Positions 16,159-29,550 of a stretch of 64,000 nucleotides of DNA are shown piece by piece. Position numbers and translations under genes: made by a program. Within the stretch, counting starts at the first letter, position 1. The number at the start of each line of letters is the position of its first letter. The DNA comes from the human T2T-CHM13v2.0 reference genome, Homo sapiens. The stretch lies in assembly GCF_009914755.1 (NCBI RefSeq), contig NC_060932.1. The stretch is one strand, 5' to 3'. The notes beneath the pieces are model-generated. The model did no database searches. It saw only the letters and a list, made by a program, of their open reading frames with translations, and was not told the origin of the DNA.

Positions 16159-18227
16159 ATGGCACGATCCCTCAGGGCTTCCCTTGGCTAGGGGAGGGAG
16201 TTCCTGAATCCCTTGTGCATCCTGGGTGAGGCGACAGCCCACCCTGCTTTGGCTCGCCCTCTGTGGGCTGCATCCTCTGTCTAACCAGTCCCAATGAGAG
16301 GAACCAGGTACCTCAGTTGGAAATGCAGAAATCACCTGCCTTCTGCATTGGTCTCACTGGGAGCTGCGGACGAGAGCTGTTCCTATTTGGGCATCTTGCC
16401 CGGGTTGATCTGAAAAATATCTTATGAGACAACGATTATCCACTATGTCCATTTGTATTATCTGGCAAGAAACCAGTATAATATTTCTTCTCAAACTTTA
16501 GAGAGCACCAGACTCATTTGGGTATCTCAACAAAGTTAAGATTTCGGCACCTATTACCTACTTATTGCCAGCTAACCTGATGTCAAGGGCCCTGGGTTGG
16601 GCCCACAGGAATCTACCTTTTTAACAAGTCCACTAGGCAGCTCTGCAGTCATTGGCCTGAGGACCACACTTTATGAAAGTCCTCTGCATTTAATGACTGC
16701 TCTGTTCCAGTAGTCATTACTGACAAATTAACATCAAATTTTACAACAGTTTTGAAGACACTGAAATTTTCTGTTTACTTTGTATATCAGATGCTCTTAG
16801 TAGCGCTAAACCAGCTACTCAGTTTCAGTGGCTCTTTGAGAAAGGTTAAGTCTTCCACCAGTTTTAGATGAAAATTCACTTATTTGGCTGCAGAGAAGGA
16901 TTTGTGGACAGGTACTCATGCAGGGATTGGAACCGAGTCGATTCCTAATTTGTCGTGAGTCAAATCTGTACACATGCTTTTTCAGAAAATGTTCAAATGC
17001 AGGTACAATCTGTTCTGGTAGAATATGTATTTCTGTAATTCAAAGGAGCTTTGCCATGATTGGTAATTTAGGGTAATATCAAAAGGATATCAAATTTGCA
17101 TTGGTTCATACATGATCCACCCAGCACATTAATCTTTTACACTGCCAGATAATAGCAGCTGAACATAAGATGTACTGATGCAGTAAAGCCAAGCAAGGCA
17201 CAGAGGAAGACAGGCAGTTCTTGATCCCTATTCAACCCATATTCTCACTCTAGGCTCAGCTTGGCCACTGCTGTGCCTTGGAAGTCCCCTTTGCTTGGTC
17301 TTCCCTGATCTTTCTGAATATTGTCCTTGTTTCTACAAAGCTCAGTGACCTCAGCCCTCCATCACCCCTTTCCATCAAACTGCTGCTATTTACTAGAATA
17401 AGAACCTATATTAACCATATCTATATTAATTATTTAGTATTTGTAGTATTCGTTAAGAACTTGACACACCTTTTAAACTGTGCTAGTATTTTATTAGGAT
17501 TTCTTCTTGTTGTTGTTGTTAGTATTCTGTCACAGGTTTGAGTAGTCTATGGCTAATCCAGTTTTTCTCAAAAGCCCTGCTATTTTTAGTGTGTAATGTT
17601 ATAGAAGACAAGATTTTCTGGGATGCATATACTGCATTACAGCAAAGCCACTTATATTCTCAAGCAAAATAGAAATGATTGTCTATCTTCATGCTATTTC
17701 AAGTCACTTATGTTTTTGTTTTCCTCTGTGATGAGGAATGCTGAAGAATAGACAGTTTTTGGCTTTGATTTTGGAATCACTAACCCTTGCTTTGCAGCAC
17801 GATATCAAGGGGCTTGGTTTATGAATTACACAACTTCTTACAGCAGCAGACACATAATTCTTTTTAATATAGCTTCAGATTATATGCTGTCGGTTGAACA
17901 TACTGCTCAATTTCTGTTTGACAAATACACAGTTAAAGATTCAACAATCAGACCAGAAACTACACAAAAATAGCAATGGGAAGACAGATTTCCTTGGGAG
18001 AGCTTGTGGTTCTGAGGCATCCGTTAAGGGCCTGGGGGTTTCTTGTGGCAAAATTCATGATAAATAATGAGAACTTTTGCCCTAATGTTATTTTTACCAT
18101 GGACCATTTTCAGTATACAATTCAGTACTATACATGTATATGTTCACATTGTTGTGAAACACATCTCCAGACCTTTTTCATTTATACTCATCAAACAACA
18201 ATTCCCTTTTCCCCCTCCACTATTATT

Positions 18228-18533
18228 ATTATTATTATTATTTTTAAGAGACAGGGTCTTGCTGTGTTGCCCAGGCTGGAGTGCAGTAGTGTGATCATAG
18301 CTCTCTGCAGCCTCCAACTCCTAAACTCAAGTGATCCTCCTGACTCAGCCTCTTGAGTAGCTGAGACTACAGGTGCACACCACCATGCCTGGCTGATTAA
18401 AAAAATGTTTTCTTGTAGAGATAGAGTCTTTCTCTGTTGCCCAGGCTAGTCTCGAACTCCTGGTCTCAAGTGATCCTCCTGCCTAGGACCCCCAAAGTGT
18501 TGGGATTATAGATATAAGCCACGGCATCCAGCC
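18228..18533 (-). mobile_element. AluJ-type SINE with (TTA)n tail
   Basis: Alu body; TSD TCCACTATTATT on both sides. Confidence 0.9.
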
Positions 18534-20009
18534 TCCACTATTATTTTTTAAAATTCCTGACCATTTGATTGAGCAGGTGATGACTGTATGAATATCTAAA
18601 ATAACCTTTAGCTTGCAGGATTATTAAAAAACTCAGAGAACCAGGAGAATTAACTTTAATCAGGTTTGAGATAAATCCAGGAAAAGGGGGTTACACCTAC
18701 CTAATCCTAAGAGCAGAAATGTGGTCAGGGTGTACTGTCAGAATCCCAGGTGTACCAATTCATTGTTACAGGAAGGAACGCTTCCGTGGATGCTAAGCTG
18801 ACCTGATGACTTTCATGGCATCTCTGGAGCACCCATTGCTTTTTTCTGTTGTGTGCAGCAGTGTCATGACCCAGCAAACAGAGCACTGAATTAGGAGTGG
18901 GGCACCCTGGCAATCGTTTTCCTGTTAAATGGCAATGAATAAGTCATGAAGTCTAATGGGCGCTGTAAAAGCTCATGCACCAAAAACAGATGTCCCATAT
19001 CCTCGAGGAGTTGAGTCTTTCTGAATAATCTCAGTGAACAGTCCTTCAGGGACATTTAGATGACCTTTTTCTTGAGACATCATGCTGCTTTACGCTTTGC
19101 TAAATGTCTAATTCATATAATTTTATCAAGGCACCAAATCTGTTTCTTGTTCTTTGATGTGGATTGCAGATGTAATTCGCTGCTTCTGCCATATATATAT
19201 CTTTCGTACAACTTAAACTTTCTTCCCTTAATCCCCAACTTCCACCAGGATGCAAGCAGAGCTTACTGCGACTCCCCCTTCTTACCCACGCAGCTGCCTT
19301 TCACTTAATGATATACATGGGGAGTCTTCTGCCCTTTTTCATCCTAGAAGCTATTTGCAGATATTTTAGATCCATTTTTTTGGGGGGCCATCAAAGAGTA
19401 GGCCAAATTATTTTAAAGCCTGTTTGATTCATAATTTATCAACAAGAAAGACTTTTGCCTGTATACTTAAATTCCATTTTATATTTTTAGAAAGAAATTT
19501 TAATTTAATTAATGACTATAGAGTATAAGGATTTTTGGAATAATGATATTTTATAATTATAAAGCACCAGGTTATGTAGAAGTGATTTTTCTTTCAAATG
19601 TGTAGCAGCTCTTTTCAAAAAGTAGTTAAATTAGAATTTCATATATATGTTTTCAGAATGACAGAAGAATAATGTAGAAAAATTCACCTTATCCAGAATA
19701 CAGCTCATTAATTTCTCCATAAACCCCAATGCTCCTCCCATATTTTTCTTTGAGTCAAGAGATTTGTTATCCACATTATAATGCACCCAAACTATAAATC
19801 TAACGGCCACTTTTAATGCTACTTCCTGGTCTACCTTCCAATTGGTTCTCAGGTAGATTCTGTCTCTGAAATGTCCCTCACCTTCAGCCCCATTGCCTGA
19901 ACCTACACCTTGAATGTTTTCTTCCTGGTCTCTTACATTATGCTGCTGACTCATGTCCCTGGCTTTAGTCTTTCATTAATCTGTTTCTTTCCACAGTTGC
20001 TACTGTTAC

Positions 20010-20308
20010 TTTTTTTTTTTTTTTTTTTTTGAGATGGAGTTTTGCTCTTGTTACACAGGCTGGAGTACAATGGCGTGATCTCGGCTCACTGCACTCCACC
20101 CCCTGGGTTCAAGCAATTCTGCCTCAGCTTCCCAAGTAGCTGGGAGAACAGGCATGTGCCACCACGCCCAGCTAATTTTTGTATTTTTAGTAGAGACAGG
20201 GTTTCTCCATGTTGGTTAGTCTGGTCTTGAATTCCTGACATTAGGTGATCCGCCCACCTCGGCCTCCCAAAGTGCTGGGATTACAGGCGTGAACTACCTC
20301 GCCTGGCC
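20010..20308 (-). mobile_element. AluS-type SINE
   Basis: poly-T followed by a full Alu; TSD TACTGTTA. Confidence 0.92.
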
Positions 20309-20559
20309 TACTGTTATCTTTCTAAAATGCAGCCACCTACTGAAAAATCTCTGTCATCCATCGAGTAGAAGATAAAGTCCAAACTCCTGGACAGCACATC
20401 TGAGCTCTCTGGTCATGCACCTTTTCATCATCTCCTCTCCCAGTCACACAGACAGACTCATCCCCCTCTGCCTCCATCCCCTGGCAGGATGGGTTTCTTT
20501 GCTGGAAGGTCTTGCTTGCTTCCTTACTATATCCCTCCCACCCCAAAACATGTCAAGAG

Positions 20560-20732
20560 CGAGGTGGTTTCAGGTTTTGTGGGAACCTGAGGCTTATACA
20601 ATGTGGGGTCTAATGTAAGAAAAAGAGTACACAATTATGATTACAAAAATATAAACGGGATTGGAAGGGCCCCAGGCAATTGTAGGAACCTGAAGCTTCA
20701 GCTTGGTGAGCTTCCTGGTAAATCTGCCCCTG
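20560..20732. mobile_element. MER69A-like non-autonomous hAT-Tip100 DNA transposon
   Basis: CAGGTTTTGTGGGAACCTGAGGCTTATACAA...GAAGCTTCAGCTT...GGTAAATCTGCCCCTG, ~175 bp. Confidence 0.7.
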
Positions 20733-21132
20733 AATTATTGCTCAGTGAGTTTTATGAAATGATTGTTTATTAAGCTTTCTCAGTCTGGCCGAGTGACTAG
20801 GATAGCATGTGCTCATTAAAGATTTGTTGTTAAAGAATAAAACTCTACTGTCCCTCAAGGTTGGTTCAAATGTTACCTCTTCTGTATAGCCTTCCTTAAT
20901 TTTTCCAGACAGTTATTTGCTGTTTCTTCCTTTTCCCATAGTCTTTGTAGACATCTTTATTATGGCACTTTCAACATCGCATGTAACTGCTTTTGTTTCT
21001 TGTATACCACTGTTTCTAAACCTTAAGGTACATCAGGATTAGCTTGAAGAGCTTGTTAAACCACTGATTGCTGGGCCCCATGTCCAGAGTTCTTGATTCA
21101 GTAAACCAGGGGTGGAGTCTAGGAATTTACAC

Positions 21133-21264
21133 TTATTTATTTATTTTTAGAGATGGGTGTCTCTCTGTGTTGCCCAGGCTGGCCTCAAACTTGGGCTCAA
21201 GAAATCCTCTCACCTCAGCCTTCCAAGTAGCAGAGACTACAGGTGTGTGCCACCATGCTTAGCT
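21133..21264 (-). mobile_element. Free left Alu monomer (FLAM-like)
   Basis: ~130-bp monomer with its own T-rich tail. Confidence 0.75.
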
Positions 21265-21281
21265 TGAGGATTTACTTTATC

Positions 21282-21435
21282 TTTTTTCTGAGACAGAGTC
21301 TTGCTCTGTTGCCCAGGCTAGAGTGCAGTAGCACATTACAGCTCACGGTGGCCTCCAACTCCTGGGCACAAGCAATTCTTCTGCCTCAGCCTTCCAAGTC
21401 ACTGGAACTACAGGTGTGAGCCACTGCACCCAGCT
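21282..21435 (-). mobile_element. Free right Alu monomer (FRAM-like)
   Basis: ~155-bp monomer carrying the right-arm GAGTGCAGT insert and a T tail. Confidence 0.75.
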
Positions 21436-21472
21436 GAATTTACGTTTTTAACAAAATCCCAGGTGATGCTGA

Positions 21473-21791
<319 letters not shown>

Positions 21792-21946
21792 GAAGGCCAA
21801 GTTTTAAATGAACTATACCTGATTCACTCTAAGCATATTCCTGGTACATGGTAGATGCTTAAATATATAAAAGTGAAAAAAGACTAAGATAAACATAGTA
21901 TAAAATTTTAACTTTCTACACTATTAACAAGTAATGAATTATAGTC

Positions 21947-22239
21947 TTTTTTTTTTTTTTTTAGACAGGTTCTCACTCTGTCCCCCAGGCTGGAGTGCAG
22001 TGGTGCGATAATGGCTCACTGCAGTGACCTCCCAGGGTCAAGCAAACCTCCCACCTCAGCCTCTGGAGTAGCTGGGCCCACAGGTGAATGCCACCATGCT
22101 CAGCTAATTTTGTAATTTTTTGTGGAGATAAAGTCTCCTCATGTTGCCTAGGGTGGTCTTGAACTCCTGGGCTCATGCAATCCTCCCCCTCAGCCTCCCA
22201 AAGTGTTGGGATCACTAGTGTGAGTCAACATGCTTGGCC
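21947..22239 (-). mobile_element. AluJ-type SINE
   Basis: Diverged Alu; TSD GAATTATAGTCTT. Confidence 0.9.
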
Positions 22240-22501
22240 CCACGAATTATAGTCTTATACATGGTCTTTAAAAGTAGAATTCTCCATTCATAGTTAATTT
22301 ACAATATTTACTGGTGATCATATGTTACTTTGCAAATTAATAATACATAGTCCTTCTACTCTTAGACCACGTTTTAAAAGGAAGGAAGGAATAGGATTTT
22401 AAAGTTTCATTCTATTCCTTGTATTATATATTCTATGTGATGCTCAGGAAAATCTTTAGCAATAGAGTTACCAGATTCTTGTTTTAGACCAGGGAACTTC
22501 A

Positions 22502-22715
22502 CTTTTCTTTTCTTTTTTTTCTTTTCTTTTCTTTCTCTCTTTCTCTTTCCTTCCTTCCCTCCCTCCCTCCCTCCCTTCCTCTCTCTCTCTCTCCCTCTCA
22601 TCCTTCCTTTCCTTCCTTCCTTTCCTTCCCTTTCCTTCCTTCCCCCTCCCCTCCCTTCCCCTCTTCTCTCCTCCCCTCCCCTCTCCTCTCTTTTCTTTTC
22701 TTTTTTTTTTTTCTT
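22502..22715. repeat. Polypyrimidine low-complexity tract (TTTC/CCCT/CCTT/CT) derived from an Alu tail
   Basis: ~210 bp of almost pure C/T directly adjoining the Alu 3' end. Confidence 0.95.
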
Positions 22716-22993
22716 GAGACAGAGTCTGACTCTATTGCCCAGCCTGGAGCACAGCGGCATGATCTCTGCTCACTGCAGCCTTCAACTCCTGGGTTCAAAC
22801 ACCTCTCCTGCCTCAGCCTCCTGAGCAGCTGGGACTACAGACACGTGCCACCATGCCTGGCTAATATTTTTTTTGTATTTTTAGTAGAGACAGGGTTTCA
22901 CCATGTTGGCCAGGCTGGTCTTTTTCCTCAGGTGATCTGCTCATCTCGGCCTCCCAAAGTGCTGGGATTATAGGCATGAGCCACTGTGCCCAG
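22716..22993 (-). mobile_element. AluS/J-type SINE
   Basis: Alu body with a small deletion in the left monomer. Confidence 0.9.
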
Positions 22994-23789
22994 TAGAATA
23001 TTATTTTTTCTTATAAGAAAGATAACGACCAAAAAACAAAGGAAGAACAACTATGAGATGATATGTGATTAAAATTATATCCAGAATATGAGTTTTTAAT
23101 GTAAGAAAAATGTTCTATAGGGCAAACAAAATATTAAATTCCATGCTGCTATTGCACATGTCTACCTTCAGGGAGGGGAGGTAAATTCAGCTCAGGAACA
23201 GGGGTGGTAGGCAATGTTTGAGGGATTTCCCACTGCCTCTGCCTCCACTCTGTAGTTAGCATCTCTGTGCAGAAACACCAGCTCAGGTGAGGTCCCAGAT
23301 ACTGCAGTTCCAGAGATTAGTCGAGTCAGGGTCACCTGTAGGTTTGGGTCCTGTGACCCTCGTGTCAGGGGACTAGGGACTGTGCATCCCTGTGGGGTCC
23401 AAAGGACACAGTGCCTTGTGAGACAGAATAGAATTTACAGCTGTCTGAAATTTAATTTAAAAAATTGCATGGTGTTTAGGATCTACATAATGATATTGAG
23501 ACTAATTTTGAAAAAGCAAAAGAAAATGATGGAGTGGAGCATAATGTTAAGAAAATGTTATGAATAAGAAAATTAACTTAGGAAGAGAAGGCTTTTAAAA
23601 ATGAGAGCAATCATATTTATGCCTACAGAAATAATCAGAAATATACTGATTTTGCTTATCTAAGGATTTAGATAATTTTTTGAGAGGTAAAAGGAAGAAA
23701 ATAAGGAGAAGAGGAGGGAGCAAGACTAAAGTAACAAGAGTGTTTGAAAGATTATGAAGCCTAGGCAATCTTACTTGTAGAATCATTTA

Positions 23790-24485
23790 TTTTCCTTTTA
23801 AACCACGTTGAGGTATGATTGACATATAAAAGCTGTACAGTATACATCTGTGAAACCATCACCACAATCTATGCCATAAACATATTCATAACCTTCTGAA
23901 GTTTCCTCCCACACTCTTCTTTTTGTGACAAAAACACTTAACATAAAATTTACCCTCTCAGAAAAATTTTAAGTACACAACGCAGTATCACTAACTATAG
24001 GCCCTATGCTATATGGTAGATCCCTAGGACTTATTTATCATGTACAGTTGAAGATCTGTACCTTTTGACTAATGATCTCCATTTCCCCCCATCTCTCCAG
24101 CCCCTGGAAACCACCATTCTACTCTCTGCTTCGGTAAATTTGACTATTTTAGATTCCTCACATAAGTGGTATCATACAGTATTTTTTCCTCTGTGTCTGG
24201 TTTATTTCACTTAGCATAATGTCCTCAGTGTTCATCCATGGTGTCATAAACGGCAGGATTTCCTTCCTTGTGAAGGCTGAATAATATTCCCTTGTTCGTA
24301 TATAAACCACATTTTCTATGTCCATTATTCCATCAATGGACATTTAAGTTGCTTCCATGTTGTGGCTATTGTAAATAATGCTGCCATGAATACAGGAGTG
24401 CAAGTATCTCTTTGAGATCCTGATTTCAATTCTATTGGGTAAATACTCAGAAGTGAAATTGCTGGATCATTTGATAGTTCTATTG
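23790..24485 (-). mobile_element. L1MA/MB 3' fragment
   Basis: CCCCTGGAAACCACCATTCTACTCTCTGCTTC and TTTATTTCACTTAGCATAATGTCCTC. Confidence 0.8.
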
Positions 24486-26260
24486 TTTTTTCTTTTTCAA
24501 CTTTTTAGATTTGGAGCTACATGTGCAGATTTGTTACCTGGGTATATGGTGTGATGTCGAGGTTTAGGGTATGAATGATCCCATCACCCAGGTACTGGGC
24601 ATAGTATCCAACAGTTAGTCTTTCAACCCTTTCCCCCTCCCTTTCTCCCCTTTTTGTTAGTCCCCAGTGTCCATTGTTGTCATCTTTATGTCCGTGAGTA
24701 CTTGATGTTTAGCTCCCACTTATAAGTGAGAACATGTGGTTTGGTTTTCTGTTCCTGTGTTAGTTTGCTTAGGATAATGGCCTCCAGCTGCATCTATGTT
24801 GCTGCAGAGGACATTATTTCATTCTTTTTTATGGTTGCATAGTATTCCATGGTATATATGTACCACATTTTCTTTATTCAATCCACCATTGACGGGCATC
24901 TATGTTGATTCCATGACTTTGCTATTGTGAATAGTGCTACAATGAATATGTGAGTGCATGTGTCTTTTTGGTAAAACAATTTGTTTTCTTTTGAATATAT
25001 ACCCAGTAATGGGATTGCTGGGTGAAATGGTAGTCCTAAGTTCTCTGAGAAATCTCAGAACTGCTTTCCACAGTGGCTGCACTAATTTATATTCCGACCA
25101 GCTGGGTATAAGCATTCCTTTTTCTCCTCAGCCTTGGCAGCATCTTGTTATTTTTTGACTTTTTAATAGTAGCCATCCTGATTGGTGTGAGATGATATCT
25201 CTGGTGGTTTTGATTTGCATTTCTCTGATGACTAGTGATGTGGAGCATTTTTTCACGTGTTTGTTGGCCACTTGTATATCTTCTTTTGAGAAATGTCTGT
25301 TCATGTCTTTTGCCCACTTTTAATGGGGTTATTTGTTTTCTGCTTGTTGAATTAAGTTTCTTATAGAGCCTGGATATTTAGACCTTTGTCAAAAGCATAT
25401 TTTGTGAATATTTTCTTCCATTCTGTAAGTTGTCTGTTTACTCTGTTGATAGTTTCTTTTGCTGTGCAGGAGCTCTTTATTTAGGTTCCACTTGTCAATT
25501 TTTATTTTTGTTGCAATTGCTTTTGAGGGCTTAGTCACAACTTCTTTCCTAAGGCTAATGTCTAGAATGGTGTTTCCTAGGTTTTCTTCTAGAATTCTTA
25601 TAGTTTGAGGTCTTACATTGAAATCTTTAATCCATCTTGAGCTAATTTTTAATATGGTGAAAGGTAGGGGTCCAGTTTCATTCTTCTGCATATGGCTAGC
25701 CAGCTATCCCAGCACCATTTATTGAATAGGGAGTCCTTTCTCCATTGCTTATTTTTTATTGAAAATGAGATGGCTGTATGTGTGCTGCTTTATTTCTTGG
25801 CTCTCTATTGTATTCCATTGGTCTATGTGTCTCTTTTGTACTAGTACCATGCTGTTTTGGCCACAGTAGCCTTATAGTATAGTTTGAAATCAGGTAATGT
25901 GAAGCTTCCGGCTTTGTTCTTTTTGCTTCAGATTGCTTAGGTTATTCAGGCTCTTTTATGGTTCTATATAAATTTTAGAATAGTTTTTCCTAGTTCTGTG
26001 AAAAATGACGTTGGCTGTTTGATAGGAATCATATGGAACCTGTACACTGCTTTTGGCAGTGTGGCTGTTTTAATGATATTGATTCTTCCGATTCTTGAGC
26101 ATGGAATGTTTTTCCATTTGTTTATATCATCTATGATTTCTTTTCGCAGTGTTTTGTAGTTCCTCTTGCACAGAACTTTCACCTCCTTGGTTAGATGTAT
26201 TTCTAGGTATTTTATTTTTTTGGTGTGGCTATTGGAAATGGGATTGCATTCTTGATTTTT
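24486..26260 (-). mobile_element. 5'-truncated older L1PA (PA13-16-like)
   Basis: 3'UTR GATCCCATCACCCAGGTAC plus ORF2 C-terminal remnants ([27 protein letters not shown]). Confidence 0.88.
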
Positions 26261-26937
26261 ACTAGAATATTGGAAAAGAGTGGGCACATTTGAATATTCT
26301 TTTTATGTATGATATGAGGAGTTGCCTTGGTGTAAATTTACAGACTACTGGAATTATATTAAAGCCTATAATGATGGCAGCTGATGAAATGGGCAGTGAA
26401 GAATTCAAGCTGGCATTTCTGATCATCTGATGTAATAAGAGGATTGTTGCTTTAAAATCAGACTTTTTCTCCTTTTTATCTCAATACTTTATGCACAATA
26501 TGTAAACACGCTGTTAAAAAATTCTCTTAGTTCTCTTTCTTCCAAATCCTTCCAAAGTAAACAAACATCGTCATGGAGTTTATAATAAAATCTGTCCCTT
26601 GCCTCCCACCTATTAAAACAACCAAGCTTAAAAGTGAAGAAACAGAGAAATGGCAGCATACACATCTAAGTAGATTGAAATTCATAAACGGAATAGGAGT
26701 AGTGGCAGGTTACTTACCAAAGCTTGGGACACAAAATGCTATTTGCCTAGTGGAAGTTTTGCCTGTGGCTTAAGGGTCTCAGAAATCATGGGGATAGAAA
26801 AATAACTTTTACCTTCATGGCTTTTAGCAGACTATGTGCTGAGTATAGGTGCTCAATATATATCAATGGGGTTAATACAAAACACAAATTAATGTGAAAC
26901 ACATCTTAGTACTTTTGAACATATTATAAAAAATGAT

Positions 26938-27260
26938 GGCCGGGCACGGTGGCTCATGCCTGTAATCCCAGCACTTTGGGAGGCCAAGGCGGGCGGATCA
27001 CAAGATCAGGAGATCAAGACCATCCTGGCTAACACAGTGAAACCCCGCCTCTACTAAAAATACAAAAAATTAGCTGGACGTGGTGGCACGTGCCTGTAGT
27101 CCCAGCTACTCGGGAGGCTGAGGCAGCAGAATGGCATGAACCCGGGAGGCAGAGCTTGCATGCAGTGAACCAAGATGGTGCCACTGCACTCCAGCCTGGG
27201 TGACAGAGCAAGACTGTCTCAAAAAAAAAAAAAAAAAAAAAAAAAAAGAAAAGAAAAGAA
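26938..27260 (+). mobile_element. AluY with long A / (GAAAA)n tail
   Basis: GGCCGGGCACGGTGGCTC...CCATCCTGGCTAACAC...GAGCTTGCA. Confidence 0.93.
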
Positions 27261-28485
27261 CAAGAGAAGGGCCTCTTTCTTAATTACATTGTAACAAAAA
27301 GAATAAAGGAAATCAATTTGGTTAAAATAAGTTCCATTTGTACAGTTGCATTTTTGTTTGAATTAGTTAAAAGGATGACAATAAGTAGATTTTGATTTAA
27401 ACTGTATAATTTATGAAGCTGTGAAATTACAAAATGCTAATGTCACACTCATGACATCCCCTTTTAAAATATGTTTGAATCAATATTATAATAAACAACT
27501 CTAGGAAGTTAACCTTTTAATCATTTATTAATCACCCATATGTTATCAAATTGACTATGCTGTGAAGTTGATGCTTTCTTGATTTTTATCAGGAGTTATA
27601 AATTAAAGATTTTCACACCTGGCTGACAGTGACTTAAGCCACTATCAATTGTAAGATGCATCCTAATTTGAGAGAAGTGTTAAAATATAAAAAATGTGTG
27701 CATCTTAAAATTGGTAAAACATTTGTTGAGCATCTATTCTATACCAAGCACCATGATAACTGCTGGGGATACAGAAATGAACACAATGCATCCCATCAAT
27801 TCAGCAAGCTTGTAGCCTAGTAGGAGAAAAACAGATAAACAATTTTATGGTAAAGAGTAATGATATTATAAGTTCTCAAGCTAACTTTCCATTTGTTTGA
27901 AATACACAGAGAAACCTACTGGTAATATTATTACATAAGGGGTATGGATTATACCATAGCTATAAACTAGAAGTAGTTTTATGAGCATACAGTCCTTCAT
28001 TTCTCAAGGGCTTATGATATCAATTCCTCACAGCCACTTCAATATTTGTCTACTTTTGAGATATTAGAGTGGAAAAAATAATCATTTTCCTCTTGAGTCT
28101 CAAGATTCAGAAGTAACCTAATACTTAACTCAAGCATTTCTCCAATAAATATTTTCTCATCTTGTAGCTGAAATAAAATGTGGCATTTTAGTATCAAATG
28201 AGAACTACTAAAAAATAATAAAAATAAACAACATGAATGACTTGGTCTTAAAACAACACCAAATACCATGTTTATGCCTAATTTGGGTCCCCAAAATATT
28301 GCTGAAGGAACAATATAGTTAGTTATTTGTGATGGAGAGAGAAAGACAGTGGTGATTTTCAAACCTGAATTTTTGGCTTGCTGTAAACCATGTGCTATTC
28401 CTGAAGGGTATATGTATATGTGCTTACATGTCTGTCTACTTATCTATTTACCACTGTGACATATTGTGGTATAATGAAAAATAAA

Positions 28486-29550
28486 TATTTTAGTAAAGGT
28501 TCTCCAGAGAGACACAACTGATACAGCATATAGAGAGACACATGAAAAAGGACGTGTCTATTACACTCTTGATTAGGGAGTGTAATAGGTCATTCTTGCA
28601 CTGCTATAAAGATACCTGAGACTGGGTAATTTATAAAGAAAAGAGATTTAATTGGCTCACGATTCTGCAGGCTGTAACAGGAAGCATGGACCAGCATCTG
28701 CTGGGCTTCTAGGGAGGCCTCAGGGAGCTTTTACTCTGGTGGAAGGTGAAGGGGGAGCTGGTGTCTTACATGGCAAGAATGGGAGCAAGAGAGAATAAGA
28801 GAGGTGCTACACAATTTTAAACAACCAGGTTTCATGAGAAGTCACTCACTGTCATGAGGGCAGCACCAAGAGGAAACAGCTAAACCATTCATGAGAAATC
28901 CGCCACCATGGTCCAGTCACCTCCTACTAGGTTTCACCTTCAATACTGGGGATTAAAATTCAACATAAGATTTGGCAGGGACACATATTTAAACTATATC
29001 AGGGAGGCTGAGAAGTCCCACGATAGTCTGTCTGCAAGCTGGAGAACCAGGAAAGCCCTTAGCATGACTCAGTCCAAGTCCAAAGACCTCTGAACCAAGG
29101 AAGCCAATGGTGTAATTCTCAGTCTGAGCTCAAGGCCTGAGAGCCTGGGGGCTGTTGGTGTGAGTCACAAAGGTCAAAGCCTGAAGAATCTGGAGTTATT
29201 CCATCCCAAGGTAGAAGAGGGGTGACCTGGCTCTGGGAGAGAGTGCCCAAATTCATCCTTCCTCTGCCATTTTGTTCCATTTGGCCCCAGCCTGCTAGAT
29301 GGCCCTTGCCTGCATGGAGGGTAGATCTTCTCCACTCAGTCCACTGACTCACATGCCAATCTCCAGAAACACCCCCACAGTCACACCTGGGGCAGTCCAA
29401 TCGTCTGAATCACAAGCAAAAACACTTAGTTTTTTGCTATCAGCAGAAGAGGGCTGGGCTCAGTGCCTACTGAAGCACTGAGAATAAACAATGCTATACC
29501 AGGTAGTATCCCTTAATTTGGTCAAGTTGACAACCCCAAATCAACCCACA
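28486..29550 (-). mobile_element. MLT2B-like ERVL LTR split by an MST insertion
   Basis: GGTTCTCCAGAGA...GAGGCTGAGAAGTCCCACGATAG...GTCAAGTTGACA; 5-bp TSD ATAAA (28481-85 / 29551-55). Confidence 0.8.
28581..29001 (-). mobile_element. MSTA-like MaLR LTR
   Basis: CCTGAGACTGGGTAATTTATAAAGAAAAGAG...AAACTATATCA; 5-bp TSD GGGAG (28576-80 / 29002-06). Confidence 0.88.

Noticed and set aside
22407-22798. Lys/Arg/Glu/Gly-rich ORFs
   Set aside because: These are translations of the polypurine strand of a simple repeat plus Alu sequence.
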